Shown here one piece after another: positions 13,021 to 27,126 of a stretch of 64,000 nt of DNA. How positions within the stretch are numbered: the first letter of the stretch is position 1; each line of letters begins with the position of its first letter. A program made the translations under genes and the position numbers. This stretch comes from Octopus vulgaris (taxonomy: Eukaryota): NCBI GenBank assembly GCA_951406725.2, contig OX597833.1, positions 21,638,001 to 21,702,000 on the forward strand, in the 5' to 3' direction. The notes under the pieces were generated by a model. The model did no database searches, had not been told where the DNA came from, and worked only from the letters and a program-made list of their open reading frames with translations.

Positions 13021-15363
13021 ATGTATGTATGTATATATGTGTGGAGGCATGTGGCTTAGTGGTTAGGGTGTCAGCACCATGATCGTCAGATTGTGGTTTC
13101 GATTCCTGGACCGGGTGACGCATTGCGTTCTTGAGCAAAACACTTCATTTTCACATTACTCCAGTCCACTCAGCTGGCAAAAATGAGTAACGCTGCAATG
13201 GACTGGCATCCCATCCAGCTGGGGAACTCATCCAGCATAGAAACTGGGAAACCGGACCCATGAGCCTGGCTATATATATATATATATATATGTATATATT
13301 TTTCAGCTGATCTAATGGAGAAAACATGCACAGTTTTTAAATTCCAATCATCTGCAATCAGAAGTAACTATGCTTGTGGTGGTTGAGATTGTTAGCATTG
13401 CTGCTTTCATTTCCTAGTGAGCTTTGTTAAATAGTCATCGTAACGAATTTGTCTTTTGTAAATGTAGAAAAACATTATGATACGTCATTCACCAGAATTA
13501 AAGTTTAAACAGTCATAATGGAAGATGGAGAGTAAGCTGAAAGGAAATTAATGAAGTATGACTATTGGATATCTAACATGATAGGTCAAGTTTGTATCAG
13601 ATACAAAAAACAAAAGAATATTAAATTCAGACATTTGAATGTTATTTAGATGAATGACTAAGATGGTATGTCTATCTATATACTTTGTAAAGCACTAGTT
13701 AAACCACAAATACGGTCAAAGGTACTTGCTCACAAAGAGACACAGGGCAGGATTGAACCAGCAGTCATGTAGTTGTGAAGCAAATTTCTTAACCACAGAG
13801 CCACTCTTGCACCATGTACTTAAGTCTCCCAACGTAGTTGTGATGACACATTATTTGCATCAGTGTGACATACTTATATACTGTCATATCATCATCACCA
13901 TCGTTGTCATCATCATCATCATCATCATCATCACCATCACCCTCAACATTGCTATCATCATTGTTATCATCATCATCATCGTTGTCATCATTGTCATTGA
14001 CACCATCATCATCATCATCATCATCATCATTGCCCTTGCCATTGTCATCATCATCGTTATCATTGCCATCATCATGATTGTTCTAGCATCCCCTCTTCCA
14101 TTCTTGCATGATTCAGATGGAATTTCTTGAGACTAATTTTTTTACAGCTGGATGCCTTTCCTGTCACCAACCTTCAGCTGTTTCCAAGCAAGGCAATATT
14201 TCTCCATGGCCTGACATGCTTTTCATGGAAGATTGAAAATAAACATTTCTCCTATGTTGGTGACACTCATTTACAGCTACTGCACAATAGCCAGATAAGA
14301 GGACACCAGCAAATATATATGCACACACACAAAATACACACTCACACATATACATATATGGGTGGGTGGGTGTGTATGTGTGTGTGCAATGAGCTTCCCT
14401 CAGTTTCTGTTAATCAAATCCACTCACAAGACTTTGGTCAGCCCAGGGCTATAATAAAAGACACAAAGACATTTGGCCAATATGACACACCATGGGACTG
14501 AACCTGGAACCATGTGGCTGGGAAGCAATTTCTTAACCACACAGCCACACATACACATCAGGCAGACAGATTGGAAACAGCATTTCTCAAAGTTATCCCA
14601 AAAAATGTTAGTAAACAGAAGAAACTCCCAAATAGAAAATTTGTTTGTTCCTTCTCAAGCCATGCCTGGCTCATAAGGGCCAGTTTCCCAGTTTCCTTGG
14701 CGTATAGGTTCCCCACCAGGATGGGACGCCGGTCCGTCGCAGGTGAGCTGCAAGATGCAGGAGGAAAGAGTGAGAGAAAGTTGTGCCGAAAAAGTCAGCA
14801 GAAGTTCGCCATTACTTTCTGCTGGAGCCATGATGGAGCTTAGGTGTTTCGCTCATAAACACACACATCGCCCGGTATGAGATTCGAACCCATGATCCCT
14901 TGACCGCAAGTCCACTGCTCTAACCACTAGGCCAATGCTAATTCTTTTGTGCCCTAAAATCCTTTCCCTGTCTGAATTCCAGTTCCTTTTTCAGCTTTAA
15001 CTATACAGGGCTACAAATGTCAAGCAAAATCTGTGCAACAACCCAGCCACAAGGTTTTCTTTTTTACATTACACTGGCGCTTTGTCATTTCCATACTCTT
15101 CAGTTCCATTTCTGTTTTTTTTTTGTTGCTTTTTTTTTTGTTTTTTGCAACAGAACAAATTGTATTTGGTAAGTATTTGTTGCTAAGTGGACTGAAAAAT
15201 TTTGAGAATCAACAGGGAATCATAACAACTGGCACAAAGCAGTGCTGCTGCAGATAGGATATGATGTCTGCTGAACTACCCGAGTCAGTCCACTTCTATC
15301 AGACTGAAGCTAAGGTACACTTATCAGTTTTTCTGTATATAAACACACATCATCATCATCGTC

Positions 15364-15396
<33 letters not shown>

Positions 15397-15403
<7 letters not shown>

Positions 15404-15671
15404 ACATTACTCGGTAGTCAAGATAAAACTCTGAGTTTCAGATGCCGAAGTGGAAATCCACAACACCATCTCTTCGGTTATCTGGCTATTTGAAAACGTT
15501 TTCAAATAGCCAGATAACCGAAGAGATGGTGTTGTGGATTTCCACTTCGGCATCTGAAACTCAGAGTTTTATCTTGACTACCGAGTAATGTAACATATTG
15601 TATAGATAAATTTCCTCTATTTACATAATATTGAGGTCTCTTTCTTTCTTTTGTTATCTTACCGTTTTATC
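15397..15671 (+). mobile_element. Fold-back element with two mirror hammerheads in (TA)n
   Basis: Perfect 202-bp palindrome 15397-15598 followed by a unique tail to 15671; (TA)n on both sides. Confidence 0.8.
15512..15574 (+). ncRNA. Type-I hammerhead ribozyme motif (CCGAAGA core); mirror copy at 15421-15483 on minus
   Basis: agataa-CCGAAGA-gatg..gtgga tt tccac..catc-t-GAAA-ctc a gag-TT-ttatct; stems I, II and III all pair. Confidence 0.7.
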
Positions 15672-15694
15672 ATATATATATATATATATATATG

Positions 15695-15822
<128 letters not shown>

Positions 15823-15865
15823 CAAATGAAAGTCAGAAGATGGAATATACGAGAATATATTATTA

Positions 15866-15968
15866 ATCACAACAATTGTTTCGACACATTTAGCATCGAC
15901 TCCTCTTGTGGGATACACAAAAACTGGTTCAGGAGTATCCATGGTGCACACGTATCTCGTTGGGTGAT
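15866..15968 (-). ncRNA. Degenerate hammerhead motif with long stem II
   Basis: atcac-CCAACGA-gatacgt...atgtgtc-GAAA-caattg-TT-gtgat. Confidence 0.6.
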
Positions 15969-16338
15969 AAATTAAAAAAAACCCTCGTTAAAATGACTGT
16001 TCCATCATGCAACTTTCCGTTTTGTAGAGAGAAAAACAGCCAGACGGAGGAAAATTGTTCATATATATAGAAGATCCAAAAATTAAATTGCAGAAGACAA
16101 CAAGAGAAACGAACACTTAATCCAGAGAGAAAAATTATATATGTATATATATATATATATATATGTATCCTTCATCATCATTATCATCATCATCATCTAA
16201 TGTCTATTTTTCATGCTGCCATGGGTTGGACAGTTTCACAGCAAGTTAGAAGACTATGCCAAACTACTTGCTGTTTCAGCATGGTTTCAATAACCAGAAA
16301 CCCTTTCGAATGCCAAATTTACACACACACAAAATTCA

Positions 16339-16387
<49 letters not shown>

Positions 16388-17408
16388 TACATGCATAAAT
16401 CTACGTGGAAAATTTTCTCCTGAGACTAGTCCTGCAGTGAAAGGTTTTGTCATGTCCAAAGAACTCAAAAGTATTAAACATGACTCTACACAAATATATT
16501 TTATACTGCATTGCTTTGTGCTAATATGTGTATGCATGTGTGTGTGTGCATGAGTGTGTGTGTGTGTGTGTGTGTTTGTGTGCATGTGTGTGTATACATA
16601 CACACGCATGTATATATGCATGCGATTGCAGATGATTTGAATAATAAGTTTAAGAACAGCAATTCTCAACCCTGAGGATACCTACGTGAACAATTTCTTT
16701 CTTGAAATATAACCATCTCTCTCTGATTGGGATATATACATATATATTTATGTAAGTATCATCTTCATCATTTAGCATCTGTTTTCCATGCTGGTATGGA
16801 TCAGATGGTTTAACAGGAACTGGTATACCAGAGAGCTGCACCAAGCTCCAGTTAGTTTTGGCTTGGTTTCTACAGCTGGATGTCCTTCCTAATGTCAACC
16901 ACCCATAAAATTTACTCATTGTATTTTATGCGTCACCGGAATGGGTGCCTTTTATGTATCACCAACACAGGCGCCTTTCATGTGTCACTGGCACATTCGC
17001 CTGTCATGTGTCACCAGCACAAGCGCCTTTTATATGTCACCAGCATGGATACCTTTCATATGTCACCAGCACTGGTTGCAACTATGACTTCACTTAGCTG
17101 GATGTGTCTTCTCAAGCACAGTAAATTACTAAATACATGTAGATAACTGTTTATAATATTGGAATGGAATCCGTCCCTTACCATTCCTGCCTAAGGACTT
17201 AAACCTGTGGTGACTAACAACATGTATTAAACTCAAGCAAAACAGGGTTTATTTAATGAGACACCCTTTGTAAAATCATCTGATGAGACACTTCTGCACC
17301 ACAACCAGTTATACAGTATCCCACCCATGGGGGATCGATGCAGAATGGGTTGAAATGATTATTATGAGCAATAGAATTTCTCATATATTCCATTTTCCAT
17401 CTATGTCA

Positions 17409-17924
17409 TCTATATATATAAAACTGTAGTTGTGTGAGTGTCTGTCCCCTTCGATTTAGATTCCTAACTCCTCCCACATTTTGCGGTGCAGTTTAACCAA
17501 ATTCGAGTATCTTATAGTCGTGATTAATATCGAGCCCGTCTGGCTATTAGCGCGCGTCTACGATGAGTCTACGATTTTAAAAATAATTTAACATCATTTT
17601 TTATTCCATTTTAATGCATAATTTTTCGTGTGTCGATTGCGGCGGAGTTGGCGTCCACGCTCAAACACCTGCACCTGTGTTTGCTTCTCCCCTTCTTCCC
17701 TCCCTCGTGAAGCTGTGGGGAAGGGAGTGTAAGGAAATCAACATCGTAATGCGTTGTCAAGGAGACCAGCGTTCTTTTAGAACAACGACTTCATGGCTTG
17801 AAGACACCAAAACAGAAATGGCTAAGAAAGCCCGAATTGGCATCTATAAAGGAAGTAACTCTCTAAAAATGCTTATATAGTTATTTCCCTTACAAACCCG
17901 AGCAACGCCGGGTGATACTGCTAG
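17409..17924 (+). mobile_element. Non-autonomous Helitron
   Basis: A|TC 5' end, CCCGAGCAACGCCGGG hairpin (17897-17912) shortly before the CTAG|T 3' end, no TSD, CpG-rich interior. Confidence 0.85.
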
Positions 17925-18473
17925 TTTGTTATATATATGTGTGTGTATATCTATCTATCTATCTATCTATCTACATACACATATATATATATTATACATA
18001 CATATATATATATATATTCTTTTACTCTTTTACTTGTTTCAGTCATTTGACTGCGGCCATGATGGAGCACCATTTTTAGTTGAGCAAATCAACCCCAGGA
18101 ATTATTCTTTGTAAGCCCAGTACTTATTCTATCGGTCTCTTTTGCCAAACCGCTAAGTTACGGGAATGCAAACACACCACCATCGGTTGTCAAGTGATGT
18201 TGGGGTGACAAACACAGACACACAAACATACACAGACACACACACACATATATATATATATACATACATATATATGACAGGCTTCTTTCAGTTTCCGTCT
18301 ACCAAATCCACTCACAACGATTTAGTCGGCCCAAGGCTATAGTAGAAGACACTTGCCCAAGGTGTCACACAGTGGGACTGAACCCAGAACCATGTGGTTC
18401 ATAAGCAAGCTACTTACCACACAGATACATATATTTATATATACTTTTATTAAAGCTGCAAAATTATCACAAA

Positions 18474-18515
18474 AACTGATTCCCAGAGTTTCACGTTCCT
18501 GTTCATCAGACAGTT
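18474..18515 (-). ncRNA. Degenerate minimal hammerhead motif in fold-back element 18445-18615
   Basis: aactgt-CTGATGA-ac aggaac gt-GAAA-ctc t ggg-AA-tcagtt, flanked by inverted TTTTATTAAAGCTG/CAGCTTTAATAAAA. Confidence 0.55.
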
Positions 18516-18730
18516 GTGAAGAAAACTCAGCTTTAATAAAACCATGTTACTCTACTTTTGGTAGTGGTAGGTAAGTACTATTTTCCCACCTTGTTTTGCA
18601 CTCATGGGCTCACCTCTGTGTGTGTGTGTATGTGTGTGTGTGTGTGTGTGTGTGTAGGTCAGTCATCAAAAAATGAGAAAAAACCCACACTATGTATTTG
18701 AGTAATAAATTCTTTGGCTATATATTAAAA

Positions 18731-18790
18731 GCTACCATTGGTTTCATGCTTATTATTACACTTTGCACTAGTAGACAACTCATCAGACAG
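18731..18790 (-). ncRNA. Degenerate hammerhead motif
   Basis: CTGATGA...GAAA-cca a tgg-TA; stems I and II pair poorly. Confidence 0.4.
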
Positions 18791-18906
18791 GCTGATATGT
18801 AGCACACACCCTCCTTACTGCTAGGCATAGTCATGTTTTTGTTGAGTGACCAAGATCATATAATTCCATGTTCGTAAAGAGAATACAGAGCAATTCCTTT
18901 TGTGAT

Positions 18907-18942
<36 letters not shown>

Positions 18943-19224
18943 GCTGGCAGAGCAGATATAAAACACAAACTACATGCTGGGCCTATTGTGATACACTCTG
19001 CAACCAGGGGAGTTGTGAAATATTGGTCAGTGGTCATAAATCAGAAAAAAAGTGTTCCCTAAAAGAAATTTTCAGCTGTTATACTTTTATATATTTGAGT
19101 AGAATACTCTTCTGACTAGTTATTACCATAACCAAGGATATACTTGTCAAATACTCAAATACATAAAAGTGTGTGTGTGTGTGTATTAATCAATGTGTAC
19201 AGTATTGCATATCCATTGCAGCCA

Positions 19225-19307
19225 ATCTTACCAAGTGGTTTTGCAGTAGAGGTTCAACAAGATATTAGCTAACAGCCTGATTATATAACCCTGCCCTCTT
19301 CAGAGAT
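19225..19307 (-). ncRNA. Degenerate hammerhead motif
   Basis: atct-CTGAAGA-gg gcag...ctgc-AAAA-cca ct tgg-TA-agat (G12>A at a former CpG). Confidence 0.55.
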
Positions 19308-20286
19308 GGCAGTTATGGAAGAAAATGTGGTGACTGCTTGCTATTGTTGGAGGTGAAAAGACACATCTAGTTTGTGGTTGCTGTGAAAAAGACAATGAAA
19401 TGAACTGAGCAAGGGTTCACTTAAGAGTTATGTCCCTTGGCACCAAAAACCACCTTGGTGGGTGTTGCAAGGCAACAAGGGTTTTCTGGAAATGTGTTTA
19501 TGAGAAATGTGTGCATGTTTTGGTGTTGGTGTTCTTGTAGAGTTGGAATGTGTGCAGCGGTACTATATGTGTAATGTTTTTTGGTGGGGGTGGGGTGTGA
19601 ATGCCCAAAGGTCACATAAGTATTTTTTTATGCATGTGTTTTGTTAGTGTTTTGGTTAAATTCTCTGGAGTATTTGTGTAGGTATGGTGTGTGTGTAGGG
19701 AAACTATATTTGTGAGGGCTTATATGGGGGGTGGGGTGAAAAAAGGATCTATTGGGTGGATGTCAACTGTGTTAAGGGGCATATGTATCTGTAAGTGCGT
19801 TTGTGTATATTTTGATCAAATGCTTAGCTGGGTCCCCTAGTATTAGTAATGGAAGAGCCAAAGTTGAGGAACTAGCAGTTATAATCATGATGAGCATATG
19901 AAAATAATGTGGGGGTACGTGACTTAGTAGCTAGGGTATTGAACTCATACTTGTAAGATTGTGGTTTCAATTCTAGGCAATGCATAGTGCTTGTTGGCAA
20001 AACACTTCATTTCATATTGCTCCAGCTTGCGAAAATTAGTTATCCTGTATCGCTGCAATGGATCAGCATCCTGTCCAAGGAGGAAATATATGCACCACAA
20101 AACCTGGAAAATGGGTCACATGAGCCAGTGGCCTATAGCTTAGGAGGGACCTTTGATCCTTTTATATATATACACACAAACACATAAATAAATATAGTCA
20201 TTTGTAGCGATTAAAAAGCTGCCTAACCATACTTACTCTTCCTTTTGACTCTTTTACTTTTTATTTTTTACAAATAAATATACATA

Positions 20287-20700
20287 GGCACAGGAGTGGC
20301 TGTGTGGTAAGTAGCTTGCTTACCAACCACATGGTTCTGGGTTCAGTCTCACTGCATGGCATCTTGGGCAAGTGTCTGCTGCTATAGCCTTGGGCTGACC
20401 AATGCCTTGTGAGTGGATTTGGTAGACAGAAACTGAAAGAAGCCTGTCGTATATATGTATATATATATATATGTATGTGTGTGTATATGTTTGTGTGTCT
20501 GTGTTTGTCCCCCTAGCATTGCTTGACAACCGATGCTGGTGTGTTTACGTCCCCGTCACTTAGCGGTTCGGCAAAAGAGACCGATAGAATAAGTACTGGG
20601 CTTATAAAGAATAAGTCCCGGGGTCAATTTGCTCAACTAAAAGGTAGGGCTCCAGCATGGCTGCAGTCAAATGACTGAAACAAGTAAAAGAGTAAAAGAG
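20287..20700 (+). mobile_element. tRNA-derived SINE, family B (GGCGCAGGAGTGGCTGTGTGGTAAG..., internal TA/TG microsatellite, GAGTAAAA tail)
   Basis: Near-identical copies at 18017-18423(-), 47503-47890, 49237-49582, 53827-54258, 57311-57820(-) and 62668-63067. Confidence 0.85.
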
Positions 20701-21382
20701 TTTACATATATATGCACCCATACACACACATACATCATCATCATTTAACATCTGTTGTCCATGCTGGCTTGAGTTGGACGATTTGACCAGGGCTGGTAAG
20801 CTGGGGCAGCTGGGGCGCTACACCAGGTTGAGGTAGGATTTGTACTCTGACTTCATACAATCCTCACCAACAATGATTATCCAAACAAATCCATGGGCTG
20901 GAGGGTTACCTCTAGGAGTGGTGCAAAGGTCTCGTCCACCAGGAGTAGGGAATCATTGACAAATAGTGGATGCAACAATGTGCTGTTACAGCACATGGCC
21001 CATGCTAGAAGTATTACTACTACTATTACCTTCATCACTGCATAGTGAACTTCTTAACCATGTAGCTATGCCTGCATCCATATGAGAAAGCATGGCTTCA
21101 GAAAGCCATTTCATAAATTATCAGATTTGTGTGAGATATTGATTACACTGTGTGACTATGTTTATCAATAGTACAATGAACATCCTGTTACATATACAAT
21201 ACTAGCAAATATTTTTTTTTACGTCACTTTAAAACTGAGGTGTACAAGTCAACAACAGAGCTTAAACATGATGGCTTACCCTGCAAGAAATAGCAGCAAC
21301 CAAATCTCCTGAAAATCACACCATGATACCTTAAAATAGGAAGGACTAGGAGACTTTGCACGACGTTGTACAAGCAAAAAGG

Positions 21383-21414
<32 letters not shown>

Positions 21415-22994
21415 AGATGGGATGGTCACACAGGAATGTTTTTGATAATAGGTTGACTCATTTAAAGGCTGATCAAGGGTTATACAATGACAACATATAC
21501 ATAGCTATCATCATCATTGTTTAACGTCCACGTTCCATGGGTTGGCCGATTTGACTGAGGACTGGTGAACTAGATGGCTGCACCAGGCTCCAATCTTGAT
21601 TTGGCAGAGTTTCTACAGCTGGATGCCCTTCCTAATGCCAACCACTCCGAGAGTGTAGTGGGTGCTTTTACGTGCCATGGATTTTAATGAGATCACAATA
21701 TTAAATAACCAAGGCATTTGTAATCTTGTGCCTATGTTAGAAACTGTCCTCATATTGATATAATTATTAAAATCTTGTACTGTTAGGTGGTGAGATAGAT
21801 GGATCCTTAGTGTGCTAAATGAAATTCTGAGCAATATTTTCTCCACCTTAATGTTTTGATTTCAAATTTTGCCAAGGATGATTTTGTCATTCATACCTTT
21901 GGACTCAATGAAATAAAGTACCAGTTGAAAGGCAGCGAGCTGGCAGAAATGTTAGCACGGTGGGTGAAATGCTTAGCGGTATTTCGTCTGTCATTACATT
22001 CTGAGTTCAAATTCTGCTGAGGTTGACTTTGCCTTTCATCCTTTCGGGGTCGATAAATTAAGTACCAGTTACGCACTGGGGTCGATGTAATCGACTTAAT
22101 CCCTTTGTCTGTCCTTGTTTGTCCCCTCTGTGTTTAGCCCCTTGTGGGCAATAAAAAAATAAGAAACATTAGCACGCTGGGTGAAATGCTTAGTGGTATC
22201 TCATCTGTCTTTACATTCTGAGTTCAAATTCCACCGAGGTTAACTTTACTTTTCATCCTTTCAGGATCGATAAATTAAGTACCAGTTGTGTACTGGGGTC
22301 AATCTAATCGACTGGCCCCCTCCCTCAAAATTTCGGGCCTTGTGTCTAGAGTCAAAAAGAAATAAGTACCAGGTGAACATTGGAATGTTGTAATTGACTA
22401 GACCCCCTTGCCCAAAATTTCAGGCCTTATTATTATTATTAAGGTTATTATTATTAGTGGTTAGGGTGTTGCACTCGCAATTTTGCAATCATGATTTCAA
22501 TTCCTAGACCAGGAGATACATTGTATTCTTGAGCAAAACACTTCATCTCAGGCTGCTCAATAATTAGTTTGACACCTGAGGTGTGGCACACAGTGCACCT
22601 GTTCAGGTAACATCGATTTGATAGAGAGAGTGAGCTAAGGTGTGGCGCAAACATTTGATCAGTATAAACAAATCTTTTGTGCAGGTTGCTCGACGAAAGC
22701 TGAATACTCATAAGTCATCTTTGATGGGAGAGGCCATCACTATTAAGGTGGTGGTCTAGCAGAATTGCTAGCATGCCAGGCAAAATGCTTAGTAGCATTT
22801 CATCTGTCTTTACATTCAGAGTTTAAATGCTATCAAGGTCAGCTTTGCCTTTCATCCTTTCAGGCTTGATAAAATAAGTACCAGCTGAATACTGGCATTG
22901 ATGTAATTTACTTACCCACTCCCCTGAAACTGCTGGCCTTGTGCCAAAATTTGAACCCATTATTATTATTATTATTATTATTATTATCATCATC

Positions 22995-23262
22995 TAGTAG
23001 TTTTATTTTTATTTCGTGCTTTCACTTCACTACCGAGCACAGCTCTGTGTGCCTTGGGTATGTGCCGTGGTTTGTAGTGATGCTCTTATTGTTACTGTAT
23101 TGAAAGTGTTTTGCGTAGGATGTGTGCAGTGCCTAGTAGTACAATTTTCTGTATGTTATATATATTTGTAAGTCCTGGTGTTTTTGTTACGTGTTTGTCT
23201 GAATATTTTTTTATCATACCTAATGCACCTACTATAATAGGAATTTTCTGTTTTTAGATTCC
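22995..23262 (-). mobile_element. 3' end of a Dong/R4-like (restriction-like endonuclease) non-LTR retrotransposon
   Basis: Translates IPIIVGALGMIKK...IQKIVLLGTAHILRKTLSIQ*, followed by a 3'UTR and (TAA)n. Confidence 0.75.
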
Positions 23263-26200
23263 ACATTCGTTATTTCTGTTTTTAGATTCCACATTTGTTC
23301 TTTCTGTTTTTAGATTCCCATTATAATTAATTATTATTATTATTATTGTTATTACCTTATTGCTATTTTTAATTCATGCTTTCATAGCACTATTGAGTGT
23401 AGTAACTGTGTGCCTTGGGTATGTGTGGTACTTTGTTTTTGGTTTTGTTTAGTTTTAGTGAGTAAGATACGTGATATGTGGGTAGTGCTATACTCTATAT
23501 CTTGTATGTTGTACATACTTTTAAATCCTGGGATTTTAGTTGATTCACGAAAAAAGCACCCATTACATTCTGTAAATGGGTTGGCATCCAGCCACACAAA
23601 CTATGCCAAAGCAAGCACTGGAGCTTGACTCAGTCAAATCTTCCAAGATTTATACCAGCATGGTATAAAGGATGTTAATGATGAGATGTTTCTTTTACCA
23701 ATTTAAATGCTGGAACTGGTACATTATGTACCAGTACCTGCAATTCTAGCATCCAAGTCAGCTTTTTGCTTCCAATCACTTTAACACTTTTGGAAATATA
23801 TTTGGAGTTAAGAAGGGTATCCGGCCATAGAAACCATGCCATAAAAACCATTCCCAAGGCATTTTTTACAGAAACTGTTTATGATTTTAGCTTCCATGTT
23901 CAGGTTATCTGTGTTTCCAAATCTCTATATTAGGATAATTTTTACACTTCATTGAGAGATATATTTATCATCAGTTGAGACTGATACTTTCAACAAGACG
24001 CCTTTCCTTTTTTCGTGATCCTTGATAACAATATCTGATTGATTGGGTTTAATCTTCATGTGTGTTTCTTTTGGAATATCCCAGATTACTGTTGCTTTGT
24101 CATTGTCCAAGACTTTTCAGAGTGTATGCACACAACACTATTATTATTATTATCATTCTTTTAACTCAGGTTTAGTTGGAACTCCAGGAATCTTGCATGT
24201 GTAGCGAGCTTGCTGCCTACAGCCTACGGTACAACCTTTTTACAACTGTCTAATACTTTTCTGATGATTCTGGCCATGCCAAGGAGGCAAACCTTTTTGT
24301 GATAGTTCTACTGGGTACTCTATTCCCATTTCCTTTATATTCCTCTTGATTATAATTATTAGTGGTTAGGGTGTTGCACTCACAATCACAAGATCATGGT
24401 TTCGAATCCTAGACCAGGCGGTGAATCGTGTTCTTGAGCAAAACACTTCATCTCACATTGCTCTGCGATTGCTTCGACACCTGACATATGGTACACAGTG
24501 CACCTGTCTAGACAATGTTTATTTGATGGAGAGAGTGAGCTAACGTGCAGCACAAACATTTGATGACTATAAACAAATCATTTGTGCAGGTAATTCAGCA
24601 ATGGCTGAATGTTCTTACATCATCTTCAATGAGAGACCCCCACCATTATCATTATTATTATTATTATAAAGGTGGTGAGCTGGCAGAATCATATGTGCTT
24701 TGGAAACAATACTCAGTGGCATTTTGTTTTTGCTCTTTACACTCTGAGCTCAAATTCTAGGTGTCCGAACTGGGAGACAATCAGACACAAGTCTTTGTGA
24801 TAAATACTTAAAGGCAGATAAAATGCTTTCTGGCCCTTCTAGTTCTTTATGGTCTGGGTTTCACTTCCACTAAGGTCAACTTTGCCTTTCATTCTTTCAG
24901 AGTTGATAAAATAAGCATCAGTTAGGTACTGTGGTTGATGTAACTGACAAGAACCTTCCCAAAAATTTCAGTTCTTGTACAAAAAGTAGAAAGGATTATT
25001 ATTATTTTTAAGGCTGTGAGCTGGCAGGATAATGTGTGCATTGGCCAAAATGTTTAGTAGCATTTCTGCTGGTTCATTACATTCTGAGTTCAAATCCCAC
25101 TGAGATCAACTTTGCCTTCCAACCTTTTAGTGCTCATGAAAATAAAATACCAGTTTTGTACTGGTGTTGATGGCATCAACTGTCTTCCCCTAAAACTGAT
25201 GATGCTGATCCAGATATAGAAACCAAACCAAAAATGATGTAGTCTTCTGACTTGTCTAGGAAGGCAGACTTTCACCATGATGATCTATCCAACCCATGGT
25301 GGCATGGAAAATGGACATAAAATGATGCTGATGATGATGGATGTGAAGAAAAATGAGAGCTCACAGACAAATCCCAAACTGATAGGTCAGAATAATCAAC
25401 GTTAAAACACACACAAAAAAAAAAATTATCAGCTGTGACTTTGTTCAAGATTTCTCAGGAAAGATCTCACTTAGGTGCCACTTTTACTCTCCCAATGGAA
25501 ATATGGCTCTGTGGATTATTTCTAGCTCGTTTTGTTGACTACTTATGTGCCATAGACAAGGATGTCCCAGGGCTACAGAACAATGACAGCAACACTTACA
25601 TAGGTGCAGACATGGCTGTGGGGTTAAGAAGCTCACTTTACAACTGTGTGGTTTCAGGTTCCATTTCAGCAAGAGTCTTCGATCATAGCCCTGTTGACAA
25701 CTGTGAGTTCCAGGTGAATACAGAGATGCCCTGTCAATCACCCTTTGCTTGATGCTGGGAAAAGTTGTTCTGACAATCACGGAATCTCCTGATGAAACAG
25801 GACAGAGAAGTGGAGTTTTCTCTATCCTTGCATATGCATATGCCTTGTATCCTTCCCCTTGAAGTCATTGGCTGTCATGCCTATGCAGTGTTTTGTGATG
25901 CCATCAGATGGTGTGAGGGTGGCTCTATCAACCACAGCCCATGAGAGGCAGTATTCTCCCATAGGGCAGTTGGTAGGATTTCTATGGTTACAGGTTGTGG
26001 TGTGTATAGGAGCCTATGTAGCTGTGTTTGTGTATATTATAGAATGTGATATTAGAAGTGATGTTGTCTAAGCAGGAGTAACTGACCGTGACATTGTGGA
26101 GGTTGAAAAGTTTATAATACTTATGGGTTATAGGGAAATGACTTTTTAATTAGCATCAGGAAGCTCCTGCTGTTGGTTCAAGCTATACAACTTCCAGATA

Positions 26201-26870
26201 TAATAGTGACAACTATCTACCAACATCTTGTTCAACTACGTGGGCCTAAGAACAAAGAAAATAATTGATGTTGCTTCCAGACCAATAACACCACATGATC
26301 TGAGTTGACCAACAGAGGCTTAACATCTAGAAGCTATCTTGAATATGTCTCATATGCTTTCTCTCAAGATGCCTGACAAGTTAGCTTCATTCTATGAGCT
26401 TACGAAACTGCTATCAATATGTGTGTGTGTGAGCCTTTGTATCAGTTTGTTACATCCCACCTGGCACTTGACAACTAGAGTTGGTTTGCTTACACACCCA
26501 TAACTTAGTGGTTCAGTAAATGAGACCAATAGCATAAATACCAAGATTTTAAAAAAACCCTCAGTACTGGGGTCAATCTGTTTGAGTAAAACATCCAAGG
26601 TGGTGCTCCAGCATGGCCTCAGTCCAAATGATAAATGATAAACCAAAAAATCTCTTTGTTAGCTTTGCTTGGATTCTGCTTCCTTTGAATGAATGTTTTT
26701 GATATTTTATTTTTCTCTCTTTATTTTCTAATTTTGATTTTGATTGTTAAAGCATGAGAAACTGTTAAGATCTCTTAACCTCATAGAATAGTAATGCAGA
26801 ACTGCACATCAGTACGTGTGTGCATATGTGCATGTATGTATGTATATATATATATATATATATATATGCG

Positions 26871-26908
<38 letters not shown>

Positions 26909-27084
26909 CTACAAAATTAGTGGCGATGTCACGAGTGCCATAGCTTATCGGCCCTGCCTTTCCCTTGGATAACACTGGTGGCGTGGAGAGGGGAGGCCGG
27001 TATGCATGGGCGACTACTGGTCTTCCATAAACAACCATGCCCAGACTTTAATACACCATTACATATGAGTAAAGGCATATATAC

Positions 27085-27126
<42 letters not shown>

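Noticed and set aside
17280-17286. Isolated CTGATGA words (also ~25789, ~31532, ~39650)
   Set aside because: No correctly placed GAAA, stem III-UH or closing stem I, so not counted as hammerheads.
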